Source: Clostridia bacterium
GTDB taxonomy: Bacteria; Bacillota; Clostridia; Oscillospirales; CAG-272
Reading direction: 5' to 3'
Assembly (NCBI GenBank): GCA_017531765.1
Contig: JAFXKJ010000156.1
Location: forward strand, 1 to 55,792
Length of the DNA: 55,792 nucleotides
Shown here: in pieces, positions 29,893-39,143 of the stretch
Layout of the letters: each line of letters starts with the position of its first letter
Numbering within the stretch: the first letter of the stretch is position 1
Notes under the pieces: model-generated
Told to the model about the DNA's origin: nothing
The model's database searches: none
What the model saw: the letters and a program-made list of their open reading frames with translations, nothing else
Position numbers and translations under genes: made by a program

Positions 29893-29945
29893 CGGACCGT
29901 CGCATTTCGCGTGGTGGGGAACGAATATGATACGCCATGTCCTAC
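29893..29945 (-). repeat. Third GTAG REP-like element with loop insert
   Basis: Minus strand reads GTAGGACATGGCGT-insert-ACGGTCCG, with ends similar to the 2496 unit. Confidence 0.6.
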
Positions 29946-29971
29946 AGATCAGACTTCCCATATAAAACCAC

Positions 29972-30007
29972 AAAAAGGTATCTTCCCTTTCGGGAGGATA
30001 CCTTTTT
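29972..30007 (-). terminator. Intrinsic terminator
   Basis: AAAAGGTATCTTCCC-TTTC-GGGAGGATACCTTTT. Confidence 0.85.
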
Positions 30008-30009
30008 CA

Positions 30010-31167
30010 TCATTTCACAAAATTCTCGTCGTATTTGTTGTTGTTGAACATACCACGCATTGAGAAATATCTCTCGTGTGTTCTCCAGCCGCTGGAAACC
30101 GAATCCTTATCCTCAAACACGATCTGGGCATTTGGGAACGCGGCAGTTATGCTTTCCCTCGCACTGTAGGGAACGTTATTCGTGGGAAGCCACAGACGTT
30201 CGATATTCGGCAGAGAGTAGATTGACGAAATATCATACACTCTGTTCCAGCCGAAATTCAGGTCAACGAGATTCGTACACTGCGCCAATGGAGTGAGATC
30301 CGTGATCCTGTTTACAAACAGCTCAAGATACTGAAGTTCCTTCAGATTTCCGAGAGGCGTTACGTCTGTGATCTCATTATCCGCAAGAATAAGCACTCTC
30401 AGCGTGGTTATCTCTCCGATAGGCGTAAGATCGGTTATATCCTGATGCCCAAGGTCAAGGGCATAGAGATTCGTACAATATTTCAGGACCTCGATATCCT
30501 CGCTTGTAAGAGGCACATAGGTATCAGCCGCGTAGATCATAACGGAAAAGGCTTCATCGTCGGTTCTGAGATTCCACTTGCTGAGATAAAGGCGCCATAC
30601 AAAATCCGTACCCGTGTACTTTTCCCTCAGCGCGCCCATTTCTTCATTGGTGTATCCGCAGTCGCACATAACCATCTTCATGCCCCCGGGGATCACTGAA
30701 AGGACGTCTTCAAACAAAGCTTTGTCCGCTACCGTCTTTCCGCTTATATCAACTTCAGAGGCGGAAAGGTCGAGAACTGTTCCCTCAAAGTCAAGCTTTG
30801 ATATTACGTCAACCTTTTCATTCATCTTGCAAAGCTGAACGTAATCCTCGGCACTAATGACAGTCTCCCCTGTACTCAGCACCTCAAGGTTGGGGTACGT
30901 CTCCATAATTTCGCAAAGATAATTCACATCAACGTTTTCCATACCGCTAAGGTCGAGGGTCGTGTCGGGTTTGCAATTTGGACTTGGCTCAGTTGTCTCG
31001 CTCTCCGTGGGCTTTTCCGTCTCGGTCTCTGCTTTTGTGTCCGTAACGGTCACGGTCTCGGTCTCAGCAGCTTCTCTGAGAAGACCGCAGGCAGTCAAAG
31101 ACGCCGCAATGATTCCCGAAAGAATCATTGCGGTGACTATTTTAGGCATCTTATTCACGTCAATCAC
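30010..31167 (-). CDS. Leucine-rich-repeat lipoprotein (internalin-like LRRs)
   Basis: Lipobox LTAC, T/E-rich linker, repeats such as LYALDLGHQDITDLTPI and LRVLILADNEITDVTPL. Confidence 0.85.
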   Translation of the reverse strand: MIDVNKMPKIVTAMILSGIIAASLTACGLLREAAETETVTVTDTKAETETEKPTESETTEPSPNCKPDTTLDLSGMENVDVNYLCEIMETYPNLEVLSTGETVISAEDYVQLCKMNEKVDVISKLDFEGTVLDLSASEVDISGKTVADKALFEDVLSVIPGGMKMVMCDCGYTNEEMGALREKYTGTDFVWRLYLSKWNLRTDDEAFSVMIYAADTYVPLTSEDIEVLKYCTNLYALDLGHQDITDLTPIGEITTLRVLILADNEITDVTPLGNLKELQYLELFVNRITDLTPLAQCTNLVDLNFGWNRVYDISSIYSLPNIERLWLPTNNVPYSARESITAAFPNAQIVFEDKDSVSSGWRTHERYFSMRGMFNNNKYDENFVK

Positions 31168-31640
31168 TCTTCGATCACTTCGATGCTCTCGATTACTACG
31201 TCGCGAAGAGGCTTATCCATAAAGTTGGTCTTAACGTTTGCGATCTCGTCTACCACCTCGATACCTTCAACGACCTTGCCGAATGCCGCATACTGACCGT
31301 CAAGGAATGTGGAATCCTTGTGGCAGATGAAGAATTGGGAGGAAGCTGAATTGGGGTCCTGAGCGCGTGCCATGGAAATTACGCCGCGCACGTGAGAGAT
31401 GGGGTTGGGATGACCGTTCATTGCAAACTCGCCGACAATGTTCTTATTACTGCCGCCCATACCGCTGCCGGTGGGGTCACCGCCCTGGATCATAAATCCC
31501 GCAATTACTCTGTGGAAAATGAGTCCGTTGTAGAAGCCTGCCTTTGCAAGGCTGATGAAATTTTCAACTGTTTTGGGAGCCGCAGTACTGTCAAGCTCAA
31601 GCTTGATTACGCCGCCGTCCTGCATTGTGATCTGTACCAT
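31164..31640 (-). CDS. ppiB: Cyclophilin-type peptidyl-prolyl isomerase
   Basis: APKTVENF, FHRVIAGFMIQGGD, SMAR, SQFFI, LDGQYAAFG. Confidence 0.93.
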   Translation of the reverse strand: MVQITMQDGGVIKLELDSTAAPKTVENFISLAKAGFYNGLIFHRVIAGFMIQGGDPTGSGMGGSNKNIVGEFAMNGHPNPISHVRGVISMARAQDPNSASSQFFICHKDSTFLDGQYAAFGKVVEGIEVVDEIANVKTNFMDKPLRDVVIESIEVIEE

Positions 31641-31718
31641 TTTTTATTCCTGACCTTTCATAATTTGGTTCGGGAACATTTTAACAGATTTTCGTGAGTT
31701 TGTCAAGATATTTTAGAT

Positions 31719-32504
31719 TTACTTGATCTTATATTTCAGTCTAAGATTGTCCGCTATCATGGCAATAAATTCACTGTTGGTGGGCTTACCGCGGTTATTC
31801 TGGATGGTGTAACCGAAATATGAGTTGAGAGTGTCTATGTCCCCTCTGTCCCATGCTACTTCAATTGCGTGACGGATAGCTCGCTCAACCCTTGAAGTTG
31901 TGGTCTGGTACTGCTTTGCGACCGACGGGTACAGTACCTTTGTCACAGCGTTGATTATGTTACTGTCGTCAATAGTCATAAGTATTGCGCTTCTGAGGTA
32001 CTGATATCCCTTGATATGTGCGGGTACGCCGATCTGATGAATGATCTTAGTCACCTGAGATTCGATGTCCTGTGGCACGTTCAGCTTTACGTTACCCTTC
32101 TGTCCCGCAGAAAGTGATTTAACAAGTCCCCGATTGCGGCAGATCGTGTCAAGCTGTCCGGAAAACATGGAATAGTCAATGGGCTTGGTAAGACACAGCT
32201 CCGCGCCTGCTCTGTTAGCTTCCACAAGCACGTTCTGACTTGCTATCTGCATAACTATCACAAAGGCAGGGGGATTTTCCTTGATCGCCGCCGTACGTCT
32301 GATAAGTGTAAGTCCGTCTATGCCTCCAAGCCATGCATCTGCGATAGCCACATCATAGTTACCGCTTCTCAGCCTTTCGTAAGCTGTCTCTCCGTTGTCA
32401 GCCTCGGTTATTACACATCCGCCCCTTTTGGTAAGAAGCTCTCTGATGCTCCTTCTCGTTTCCGCATTCTCATCCGCTATAAGTACGTGAATTTCCTGAT
32501 TCAT
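31719..32504 (-). CDS. spo0A: Sporulation master regulator Spo0A (start moved to MNQEIH)
   Basis: [48 protein letters not shown]. Confidence 0.95.
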   Translation of the reverse strand: MNQEIHVLIADENAETRRSIRELLTKRGGCVITEADNGETAYERLRSGNYDVAIADAWLGGIDGLTLIRRTAAIKENPPAFVIVMQIASQNVLVEANRAGAELCLTKPIDYSMFSGQLDTICRNRGLVKSLSAGQKGNVKLNVPQDIESQVTKIIHQIGVPAHIKGYQYLRSAILMTIDDSNIINAVTKVLYPSVAKQYQTTTSRVERAIRHAIEVAWDRGDIDTLNSYFGYTIQNNRGKPTNSEFIAMIADNLRLKYKIK

Positions 32505-32709
32505 TATTTGCCCTCTCAGTTCTTTTTTTGTAATAATTTTATTTCCTGAAATTTCCATTTCAATTCTATTGTTATTTTACCATAATTTGGCTTAATTTGC
32601 AATAACTGACCGAAATAAATAATAACCAAAATTTTCCATGAAATCTTGGTTATTATTGACAGAGTTGTTATTAATGCGCAAACTTCAGGGCTGAGAGGCG
32701 GCATTCACT

Positions 32710-33192
32710 TCAGAATGTACGGTGTGATGTCAGGATATTCCCACGTTTGTCAATCTCTATTATTCCGTATGAAGACGGGTATCCCCTACCCACCGATCCG
32801 GGATTAAACACCCTGATGCTCTTCCCGCTTTCAAGATTTATCACAGTATCCTTTGCCACGTGGGTATGACCGTACAGAAGAATATCCGCGCCGTTTTCCT
32901 CTGCGGCGTACACCGCCCTGTCGAGGGAGGATTTGACACCGTAGCTGTGACCGTGGATACACATAAATCTCACACCGCCCTCGTCAAATACTCGTTCGTC
33001 ACGGAAAAAGCTTTCGCCGTTTCCCTTCAGAGAGACTACGGGAAGCTCGGGATAAAAGGATGAAACGTATTCAATATCACGAACACCGTCACCGAGATGG
33101 ATTATCATTGCACATGAAGGAAGGTGGTCGGATATAGCCTCCTTCATACGTGACGTATTGCCGTGAGAATCGGAAAAGACAAGTATTTTCAT
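32710..33192 (-). CDS. YfcE/YsnB-type metallophosphoesterase (start MKILVFSD)
   Basis: DSHG, HLGD, GN, HGH, GHTH, NPGS motifs. Confidence 0.9.
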   Translation of the reverse strand: MKILVFSDSHGNTSRMKEAISDHLPSCAMIIHLGDGVRDIEYVSSFYPELPVVSLKGNGESFFRDERVFDEGGVRFMCIHGHSYGVKSSLDRAVYAAEENGADILLYGHTHVAKDTVINLESGKSIRVFNPGSVGRGYPSSYGIIEIDKRGNILTSHRTF

Positions 33193-33304
33193 AACTGAAT
33201 TCACTCCAAATTTCAGAATATTTGTACCGTTTTTCAGTACCGGTACATATACTGTTCTCAGAATACCGTTTGCCGAGTGCAAACCGCGATGAGAGGTAAC
33301 CCCA

Positions 33305-33523
33305 TTGAAGATAGACAAAAAAACTTTGGACAGTCTGCTTTCTCTACCCGATGATAAGCTGATAATGATGCTTCGGGTGATCTCAGGGGGAGAATTCCCG
33401 AAGAAAGCTCCCGACGACGCAACCATTTCGGGACTGAGACAAATGCTTGGCGCGGTGACAGACGCAGACCTGCTGCGCGCCTCAGAGCTGATCGGCATTT
33501 ACAAAAAAGGCAAAAAGCGTTAA
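33305..33523 (+). CDS. Small hypothetical protein
   Basis: GAGGT SD, TTG start, 72 aa, first of three co-directional ORFs. Confidence 0.6.
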   Translation: MKIDKKTLDSLLSLPDDKLIMMLRVISGGEFPKKAPDDATISGLRQMLGAVTDADLLRASELIGIYKKGKKR

Positions 33524-33556
33524 AGTCTGAAATCAAAGAAAGGTTGGATCACAGAC

Positions 33557-33931
33557 ATGGACAACAACGAACTCAGCGCAACCATCGCATCTCTCATGAA
33601 TGACAGCAGAGTAGCTGACACCATAAAACAGCTCAAAGCGTCGCTTTCGGACTCTCAGTCATCGGAAACGCCCAAAGCAGAGACACCTGCTTCAAACACG
33701 GCAAATAACGAAAAAGTTGAAATCTTCCCTGACATCGGTGCGCTGACCAAGCTGCTCAGCGTATCGGAGAAAAATCCCAAAGGCTCCGACAGTGAAACAG
33801 AAAAGAGAAACCGACTTCTATCGGCACTGAAGCCGTATTTAAGTGAAAACAGACAAGACGTCATAGACAAGATCATGTCCCTCTCAAATCTGACAGGACT
33901 TATAGATCTGTTTCCAAAAAGCAATTCGTAA
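33557..33931 (+). CDS. Hypothetical protein of a type seen in spore-forming Clostridia
   Basis: GAAAGG SD; LLSALKPYLSENRQDVID motif. Confidence 0.7.
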   Translation: MDNNELSATIASLMNDSRVADTIKQLKASLSDSQSSETPKAETPASNTANNEKVEIFPDIGALTKLLSVSEKNPKGSDSETEKRNRLLSALKPYLSENRQDVIDKIMSLSNLTGLIDLFPKSNS

Positions 33932-33993
33932 AGGGTAAGCGTAGCGTGAAAATTCAAACAGTCTTAATTAAAGAAAACTGAATGGAGATTATT

Positions 33994-34392
33994 ATGTACA
34001 GCAGAAATCAAAGTCACACATTTGCCGATGACGAATACGAAAACGAAGAATATGACGACGAGTATGAGCTCTACGGATATAATTTACCGCCGAATTATGA
34101 CGGAAGCAGATTCCAAACGAAAAAACGGCGAAACAGCTTCACCAAACCAAGATCAATGAGAGACTCTCGCGGTACAGACCCGCAGCGCAGAGAATCCGAA
34201 GAAGTCAGAGAAGACACTGGCCACGTACATACAAACGAAAACGGCACAGCCATAGGGAAACTGCTTGATGCTCTGGGAGGACGTTTCGGATATGAGGAAA
34301 TGCTGATAATATCTATAATTCTGATACTGTCATATGACACGAACTGCGGGGACACTGTCCTCTTCCTCGCTCTACTCCTGATTACCGACTGA
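33994..34392 (+). CDS. Hypothetical protein with acidic N-terminus and hydrophobic C-terminal hairpin
   Basis: GGAG SD; LPPNYDG; EEMLIISIILIL...VLFLALLL. Confidence 0.7.
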   Translation: MYSRNQSHTFADDEYENEEYDDEYELYGYNLPPNYDGSRFQTKKRRNSFTKPRSMRDSRGTDPQRRESEEVREDTGHVHTNENGTAIGKLLDALGGRFGYEEMLIISIILILSYDTNCGDTVLFLALLLITD

Positions 34393-35433
34393 CAATATCT
34401 GCGGCGTGAATACCGAGCAAAGCAAGTACGCAACACTCTCCGCAAGCTCCTGAGTATCTCTGTAATTGAAACGAAGGGAGCTGTCTGATACGAGAGGAAG
34501 CTCTGCAATGAACACGATATGGGATTCCGTGCATCTTAACAAAATTTTCATATCGGTCTCAACAGCCGCAAGCTCGGCAAGAAGCAGACAGGAAAAGCTC
34601 ACCGGTACGTGACGGGCAAGATCTGTCAGGTTTTCCGTTTCACCCCGAAGCTTGATGTCATATGGGAGCTCAGTTGATACTTTTATTCTGAGTATACCGT
34701 TATCTGCGCCGACTTTGAATATCACATCACCGTTTTTTGACAACGGTCCCAGCACACCCATCAGAGAAGCAATCACGGTTGACAATCCTCCCACATGAAC
34801 TCTGACGTCGTTTGCGGGCCACTCCCCGATTTGGCAAAAGCTCAGGCGGTACGGAAACAAATCACATCTCCGCGTAAGCTTAGCGGAAAGATCGTAAAGG
34901 TATGCCATACTTTCACGTACAAATATATGACTGTAAGGACTCATAAGCATTCTGAATGCCCCGAAAAAGTCACAGTCGTTCTTGTAATTTTTCCTGCAAT
35001 AAGACGCAAAAGCTTCAGCAGACATCAAACCCGCAAGATAAGCCTTAAGTACCATCGCATCTTTAACGGTTTCCAATATAAACAATATCGTGAAATCTTT
35101 GTTTGTACCTGCGACCCTTAGCAGAAGAGCGTATCTGTATTTCAGATAATGCATTTTGCAAATAAGCGTATCACTCCGGCTTTCCATGCAAAACACCTTC
35201 AGTTTCCTATAATCGACCTCTCTGAACACTTCCGCCAAAAAGGTCCTGCTTGCGTTATCAGCGCAACAGGACCTGAAGCTTTCAGATACATTAATTATCT
35301 CGCAGGTCTCCGACAGGAACAACGACGGATACTCCGCAACAGCGGTTCGATAAAGCTCCGTTTTCAATATCACATCCGAAAACATTTGTGATCCTTCGTC
35401 TCTCAAAGAATCATGGCTGAGTTTCGTTTCCAT
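34372..35433 (-). CDS. Hypothetical protein, possible degenerate GHKL/HATPase-like C-terminal domain
   Basis: 353 aa ORF overlapping the upstream gene; C-terminal pattern ..GDVIFKV..LRIKVS..LLAELAA..IVFIAELP without intact N/G boxes. Confidence 0.5.
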   Translation of the reverse strand: METKLSHDSLRDEGSQMFSDVILKTELYRTAVAEYPSLFLSETCEIINVSESFRSCCADNASRTFLAEVFREVDYRKLKVFCMESRSDTLICKMHYLKYRYALLLRVAGTNKDFTILFILETVKDAMVLKAYLAGLMSAEAFASYCRKNYKNDCDFFGAFRMLMSPYSHIFVRESMAYLYDLSAKLTRRCDLFPYRLSFCQIGEWPANDVRVHVGGLSTVIASLMGVLGPLSKNGDVIFKVGADNGILRIKVSTELPYDIKLRGETENLTDLARHVPVSFSCLLLAELAAVETDMKILLRCTESHIVFIAELPLVSDSSLRFNYRDTQELAESVAYLLCSVFTPQILSVGNQE

Positions 35434-36598
35434 TGTTCAAATAATCTTCCTTGTTTACTGCATTTTCGTTTTCTTTCCCTAAGTCTTCGGTATCATCGGG
35501 AGTGGTCACGGGAATTTGCGGGGCATAGGAAGGTTCGGCAACGTAAGTCGAAAACTGTACGCTGCTGACCGACAGATCCTTCAGTGCCGCATATACAGCC
35601 TGTGCAATCTCAACGTCCTCGGTTTCGATCATACCCCTTATATTATAAACACTGAAATTACCTTTCAAAGAGTGGCAGTTGTCGTAAGCCGAAGAATATG
35701 CCTCATCGGCAGTTTCGGCATCGGTACCGACGGAGATCGCCAGAAAATCCGCATATTCGGACAGTGTCTTAATAAATCCACCGCTTTGAGGAACCAGATA
35801 CACCGATGCGGGAAGCAGCACTCCTATATCGATCTTCGCTGATCGTTTTCTCAGAGAGGCAAGGTATGACACGAGCTTCTTCAGAAGCTCGGTGGAGATC
35901 TCTTCTTCCTCTCCGACAAGAGAGGTAAGGATTACCTCGTCAAAGCCCATATTATACATTTCACCAATGACGATACCGTCCGCAACTCTTTCATGATCTG
36001 CGGCAGTGCTGTCTTCAAGGACGTGAGGCGACACGGAATACACCGCACTTTTCCTCATTCCGAGCTCGCCCGCAACCGAAAGTGCGGTCTTTATCTCCTC
36101 AAGGGCATCTCCCAGAGACTCGGCGTCTTCTTCAGCCTCCTCCGCGGGTCTTATGACCAAACCTCCGTCAAGCCTTACGTAATCCATAAGTGCTTCAGAC
36201 AGATAGATAAGGCTTCCCGAGGGTGACACAACGTTTACGGATATGGCATTATATACATCTCCGAGAGCCCTGATGCTCTCTTCCACCGCGTCTTCCCTAA
36301 CACCAACCACGTCAATATGTGCCGCACAAACATTTTTTTTCTTTATGTCAGACTCAGAATAGACCCCGTCGGGGAACAATTCCCCTTTCTCGGTCACAGC
36401 TTCATTTTTTTGATCGGTTTCCAAAAGCGACTCGGCAACACTCGCCTTACTGTCAAGATATGACCCAAGCAGCAGTGCCACTCCCGCGGTAACAGCCGCC
36501 AAAACAAGGACGAACGCCACTCTAATGAGAATAGGCTTTATTGATTTTTTCTTTGCTCCCGAGCGATATGCACTGCGAATAAGTCTGCGTCTTCTCAT
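35411..36598 (-). CDS. Membrane-anchored acidic protein, possible TIM-barrel glycoside-hydrolase-like fold
   Basis: Basic N-terminus, single TM, MGFDEVIL motif, alternating alpha/beta pattern. Confidence 0.5.
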   Translation of the reverse strand: MRRRRLIRSAYRSGAKKKSIKPILIRVAFVLVLAAVTAGVALLLGSYLDSKASVAESLLETDQKNEAVTEKGELFPDGVYSESDIKKKNVCAAHIDVVGVREDAVEESIRALGDVYNAISVNVVSPSGSLIYLSEALMDYVRLDGGLVIRPAEEAEEDAESLGDALEEIKTALSVAGELGMRKSAVYSVSPHVLEDSTAADHERVADGIVIGEMYNMGFDEVILTSLVGEEEEISTELLKKLVSYLASLRKRSAKIDIGVLLPASVYLVPQSGGFIKTLSEYADFLAISVGTDAETADEAYSSAYDNCHSLKGNFSVYNIRGMIETEDVEIAQAVYAALKDLSVSSVQFSTYVAEPSYAPQIPVTTPDDTEDLGKENENAVNKEDYLNNGNETQP

Positions 36599-36663
36599 CT
36601 TAGCTCAAGCCTTTCCCCTTGGATTCTCGGTGTTGAAAACCGTCTTTTTGTCGCTACCCGACT

Positions 36664-37638
36664 TTACTGAAGTGTTAAAATATTGTACTTCTTCGGCAAC
36701 TCACCGATCTTACCGTATATTTCTTCAAACTTGGTTTCATACTTCACAGTATAAAGGGATTCAAGATATTCTTCCACAAGATCAGCGAAGTGTTCCTCAA
36801 TATAGGAATCTTCCTTCTCGTATCTCTTTATGATAGAGTAGCCTGCGGAGGTTTTTACTACATCACTTACTTCTCCGACCTTAAGTGAGAATGCCGCAGT
36901 CTCAAATTCAAAGTCCCGTGTTCCCTTCATAATGTAGTATCCGTCATCATTATTGAACATTAAGAGGTCGTTGTTATATTCCTTGGATACGGCATCAAAA
37001 TCCGCACCTGCCTCAAGCTTCGCTTTGAGCTCATTTGCCTTTTTGAGATTCTGCTCATCCGTGCCCGCATTTTCTCCGCCAACAAGGATCTGCTTTACTC
37101 TGATGAAATCGTCGGATTTGAATTTATTCATCATATAATCTTCATTTGAGAAGTTCTTGTCGGAATCAACCATAGCGGAATAAGCTTCGTTGTTAAGAAT
37201 GTCATTGGAAATAAGGAACATGAAAGTAGTTTCGGTCATTGCGTTTTCCTTGAGAGAGGCCAAAAATTCCTTTTCGTCCTCATACTCAAGCATTATCTCA
37301 TCACGTGTCATTTTCGCTTCGGCGCTGACCGCACCGCTGTCCCACGTGAGGTCGTACTCCGCACCGATTGCAATTACGGTGTAGAGATTGGCAATAGCGT
37401 TCTTGATGTTTTCCTTAAGCTCTTTTTCAGCCTTATCTGCATTTTTAGAGTCCCATACATCTTCACCGTACTGTTTTTCAATCTCACGGCGAGAGTTGAT
37501 GACAACGTATCTGTATACATGATAGGGTACTTCAAAGTCCCCTATAGTCATTACTGTTTTATTCTCTCCGCATGAGACAAGCAGGGGTAAAAACACCGCG
37601 AGTACCAGAAGAATCGCCGCAATTCTCTTTATTTTCAT
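36664..37638 (-). CDS. PrsA-like parvulin PPIase lipoprotein
   Basis: Lipobox LVSC; IRVKQILV, GADFDAV, EFETAAFSLKVGEVSDVVKTSAGYSII. Confidence 0.85.
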   Translation of the reverse strand: MKIKRIAAILLVLAVFLPLLVSCGENKTVMTIGDFEVPYHVYRYVVINSRREIEKQYGEDVWDSKNADKAEKELKENIKNAIANLYTVIAIGAEYDLTWDSGAVSAEAKMTRDEIMLEYEDEKEFLASLKENAMTETTFMFLISNDILNNEAYSAMVDSDKNFSNEDYMMNKFKSDDFIRVKQILVGGENAGTDEQNLKKANELKAKLEAGADFDAVSKEYNNDLLMFNNDDGYYIMKGTRDFEFETAAFSLKVGEVSDVVKTSAGYSIIKRYEKEDSYIEEHFADLVEEYLESLYTVKYETKFEEIYGKIGELPKKYNILTLQ

Positions 37639-37802
37639 TTCGATTCACCTACCGTTGAATATATTATAAATAGTATAAACAATATAGCATGAAAAGTCAA
37701 TACGGAAACTGTGAATTTTCCATCTGCATAAACCTTACATTCATTTTTGCGGCAAATTTTTACTTTTGACACGGACTCAAAGCACAAATAAGGCAATATC
37801 TA

Positions 37803-37831
37803 TTGATAATTCTTGTCTGACGTGTTATAAT
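37803..37831 (+). promoter_or_regulatory. Sigma-A promoter
   Basis: TTGATA-17bp-TATAAT with TG extension. Confidence 0.7.
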
Positions 37832-37881
37832 TGTCATGAATATAAATTTTCCGCCGTCATTCGGCAAAAAGGAGTTTAATT

Positions 37882-39120
37882 ATGGCAAATCAGGTTCAGA
37901 TGACATTCTGGAACTATAACAGTTTCAAAGATTACAAGCCTCATATGCTCAGAGACTGGATCGAGCTTGGAATCACACTTCCCATCCTTCCCATGTTCGT
38001 TATGGGACGTGACTCCAACGAAGATCTTATTGCTATCCTCGACGACGCTCAAAGTCTCGGTGTACAGGTACTTCTTCAGATCAACACCATGTTCGTTGAC
38101 TGTATAAAGGATTTTGATGCTTACAGAGTTGAAGTCGAAAAAGTACATTCCACATTCGGTAAGCATCCCGCAGTTTACGGATACTACGTAGGCGAGGAAC
38201 CCAATATCAATTCACAGACAGCTTATTTTGAGTGTACCAAGATCATCAAGGAGATCGCGCCGAGTGCCGCAATCTACACAAACTTCGGCTCTATTGAGCG
38301 TACCGAAAGAATGATGCTTCAGGGAAAGCAGTCTCTCGACGAGTGGGTTGGCAAGTTCAAGGATTACTCAGGAAACGATATTATAGGCTACGGTTGCTAC
38401 TCGGGACTGTTCCGTGACAACACCGGTTCATTCGAGCATTTTTATAACCTCAACACATTTGTAGAGGCAGCAAAAAAGCATGGCGTTGACGTTTGGGCAA
38501 CGATGCTCTCAAGCGCACACGACTACTACCGCGTTCCCACAGAGGATGACTACCGTTGGCAGATCAACACCTGTGTAGCCTGCGGATGCAAGGGCATTGT
38601 TTGGTTCAGACTTTACGATAAGCTTGTTGCGGGAGACTACCGTGCAAGCCCCATTGACGAGTTTGGTGTAAAGACTCAGCATTTCTACGACATGGCGCGT
38701 GCACAGAAGAAGTTCAACATCCATTACGGCAAGCTTTTCGGAAGACTTACTCACATAAGCACACACGGTGTTGGAGTGAGCTACGGCGGATATCCCTATT
38801 TTGTACCTGCGGGACCTGATGAAGCAGGCGCTGTGACCGAGCTTATCAGCCATGCTGACTGCCGCGCAGGTCTCATCAGCTTCTTCAAGGATGAGGACGG
38901 AACAGATTACATTGCTGTCTTGAACACAGATACAGTCAACTCCTACCACATGACTCTTACATACAGTGCAAAGGTAGAGAGAGCCGACATGGTCTACTAC
39001 GACGAAAAGCAGCTTAACTGCCATGTTGACAGAAAGGGGCAGGTGGGAGATCTCAGAGGTCAGTCATTCTGTCTCGCTCCCGGTCAGATGGAAGTTATAA
39101 AGGTCACACGTACCAAGTAA
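37882..39120 (+). CDS. Putative clan GH-A-like glycoside hydrolase
   Basis: KHPAVYGYYVGEEP acid/base-like motif, GCKGIVWF; no signal peptide. Confidence 0.55.
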   Translation: MANQVQMTFWNYNSFKDYKPHMLRDWIELGITLPILPMFVMGRDSNEDLIAILDDAQSLGVQVLLQINTMFVDCIKDFDAYRVEVEKVHSTFGKHPAVYGYYVGEEPNINSQTAYFECTKIIKEIAPSAAIYTNFGSIERTERMMLQGKQSLDEWVGKFKDYSGNDIIGYGCYSGLFRDNTGSFEHFYNLNTFVEAAKKHGVDVWATMLSSAHDYYRVPTEDDYRWQINTCVACGCKGIVWFRLYDKLVAGDYRASPIDEFGVKTQHFYDMARAQKKFNIHYGKLFGRLTHISTHGVGVSYGGYPYFVPAGPDEAGAVTELISHADCRAGLISFFKDEDGTDYIAVLNTDTVNSYHMTLTYSAKVERADMVYYDEKQLNCHVDRKGQVGDLRGQSFCLAPGQMEVIKVTRTK

Positions 39121-39143
39121 ATATCAGCTAAAGAGGTGCCTAT

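Noticed and set aside
32505-32709. 0A boxes upstream of spo0A
   Set aside because: No exact TGNCGAA match seen on either strand
32710-33498. 262-aa extended version of the phosphoesterase
   Set aside because: The extension overlaps the divergent 33305 ORF; family motifs begin at MKILVFSD (33192), which has its own GGAG SD
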